From Octopus vulgaris (Eukaryota), in assembly GCA_951406725.2 (NCBI GenBank), contig OX597819.1, positions 86,490,001-86,554,000 of the forward strand: a stretch of DNA of 64,000 bases, read 5' to 3'. Below the pieces are notes generated by a model, which saw nothing but the letters and a program-made list of their open reading frames with translations, had not been told where the DNA came from and searched no databases. This document shows, one piece after another, positions 61,980-64,000 of the stretch. Both the position numbers and the translations under genes were made by a program. Positions within the stretch are counted from its first letter, which is position 1. The number at the start of each line of letters is the position of its first letter.

Positions 61980-64000
61980 CGCGAAGAATCGGCAGCCAAT
62001 TTCTAATCAGCCCTGTAAGGGAGATAGATCTTAATATCTATAACGATAACTAGTGAATTATACAGAATATGCAAAAACGAGGCGAGGCTGAAATAGTAAA
62101 CAGAGTGGCGACTAGGGGGATCAGAATAATAATAATTAATAGATAATAATAATAAATAGAGATACGGATGAATTAAAGTTCAAAGATTTCTTATCTTGAG
62201 ATCACTTCGTTTACGGACAGACTTGGCAAAAGAATTCGGAATCAAGAATGAGGCAGTTTACTAGCTTAAGTATGCATAGCCATGGCGGGTGGTAGGAAGA
62301 GAGGAGTCCAGACAGACGACAATGTAAAAAGAGGGGGAGAGAAGGGAAGAGAAAAACCCCACGAAGAATCGGCAGCCAATTTCTAATCAGCCCTGTAAGG
62401 GAGATAGATCTTAATATCTATAACGATAACTAGTGAATTATACAGAATATGCAAAAACAAGGCGAGGCTGAAATAGTAAACAGAGTGGCGACTAGGGGGA
62501 TCAGAATAATAATAATTAATAGATAATAATAATAAATAGAGATACGGATGAATTAAAGTTCAAAGATTTCTTATCTTGAGATCACTTCGTTTACGGACAG
62601 ACTTGGCAAAAGGAATTCGGAATCAAGAATGAGGCAGTTTACTAGCTTAAGTATGCATAGCCATGGCGGGTGGTAGGAAGAGAGGAGTCCAGACAGACGA
62701 CAATGTAAAAAGAGGGGGAGAGAAGGGAAGAGAAAAACCCCGCGAAGAATCGGCAGCCAATTTCTAATCAGCCCTGTAAGGGAGATAGATCTTAATATCT
62801 ATAACGATAACTAGTGAATTATACAGAATATGCAAAAACGAGGCGAGGCTGAAATAGTAAACAGAGTGGCGACTAGGGGGATCAGAATAATAATAATTAA
62901 TAGATAATAATAATAAATAGAGATACGGATGAATTAAAGTTCAAAGATTTCTTATCTTGAGATCACTTCGTTTACGGACAGACTTGGCAAAAGGAATTCG
63001 GAATCAAGAATGAGGCAGTTTACTAGCTTAAGTATGCATAGCCATGGCGGGTGGTAGGAAGAGAGGAGTCCAGACAGACGACAATGTAAAAAGAGGGGAG
63101 AGAAGGGAAGAGAAAAACCCCGCGAAGAATCGGCAGCCAATTTCTAATCAGCCCTGTAAGGGAGATAGATCTTAATATCTATAACGATAACTAGTGAATT
63201 ATACAGAATATGCAAAAACGAGGCGAGGCTGAAATAGTAAACAGAGTGGCGACTAGGGGGATCAGAATAATAATAATTAATAGATAATAATAATAAATAG
63301 AGATACGGATGAATTAAAGTTCAAAGATTTCTTATCTTGAGATCACTTCGTTTACGGACAGACTTGGCAAAAGGAATTCGGAATCAAGAATGAGGCAGTT
63401 TACTAGCTTAAGTATGCATAGCCATGGCGGGTGGTAGGAAGAGAGGAGTCCAGACAGACGACAATGTAAAAAGAGGGGGAGAGAAGGGAAGAGAAAAACC
63501 CCGCGAAGAATCGGCAGCCAATTTCTAATCAGCCCTGTAAGGGAGATAGATCTTAATATCTATAACGATAACTAGTGAATTATACAGAATATGCAAAAAC
63601 GAGGCGAGGCTGAAATAGTAAACAGAGTGGCGACTAGGGGGATCAGAATAATAATAATTAATAGATAATAATAATAAATAGAGATACGGATGAATTAAAG
63701 TTCAAAGATTTCTTATCTTGAGATCACTTCGTTTACGGACAGACTTGGCAAAGGATTCGGAATCAAGAATGAGGCAGTTTACTAGCTTAAGTATGCATAG
63801 CCATGGCGGGTGGTAGGAAGAGAGGAGTCCAGACAGACGACAATGTAAAAAGAGGGGGAGAGAAGGGAAGAGAAAAACCCCGCGAAGAATCGGCAGCCAA
63901 TTTCTAATCAGCCCTGTAAGGGAGATAGATCTTAATATCTATAACGATAACTAGTGAATTATACAGAATATGCAAAAACGAGGCGAGGCTGAAATAGTAA
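61980..64000. repeat. Tandem array, ~381-bp unit, more than 5 near-identical copies, open at the window end
   Basis: Units start at 61980, 62360, 62741, 63121, 63502 and 63881. Differences are mostly homopolymer length. Confidence 0.97.

Noticed and set aside
61985-62015. Minus-strand CTGATTA-GAAA plus hairpin in the 381-bp unit as a hammerhead
   Set aside because: G8 is missing, there is no stem II, and stem I is weak.
61232-64000. CRISPR-like array or coding repeat
   Set aside because: No unique spacers, eukaryotic context, and stops in the frames examined.

Overview
AT-rich, microsatellite- and transposon-dense eukaryotic DNA. It is most likely an octopus or other coleoid cephalopod genome, inferred from the SINE and RTE repeat types and not verified. 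The only host gene I can support is TRAF3IP1/IFT54 (MIP-T3) on the minus strand: two phase-compatible exons (56220-56306 and 6354-6465) separated by a ~49.75-kb intron. That intron holds tRNA-derived SINEs, RTE and CR1/Jockey-type LINE pieces, piggyBac/mariner/hAT derivatives and MITEs, and at least three different Penelope-like retroelements (PLEs). The centrepiece is a young, 5'-truncated PLE (30020-36015) with RT and GIY-YIG domains, two long Asn-rich inserts and ~2-kb near-identical inverted arms. Each arm carries a type I hammerhead ribozyme with an unusually long stem II. A second, unrelated hammerhead lies in a PLE remnant at 17551-17620. The window ends in a young composite of an RTE 3' tail, a G-rich ~156-bp repeat and a ~381-bp tandem array that runs off the end. 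Most ORFs in the supplied track are spurious microsatellite or repeat read-throughs. Boundaries of decayed repeats are approximate.
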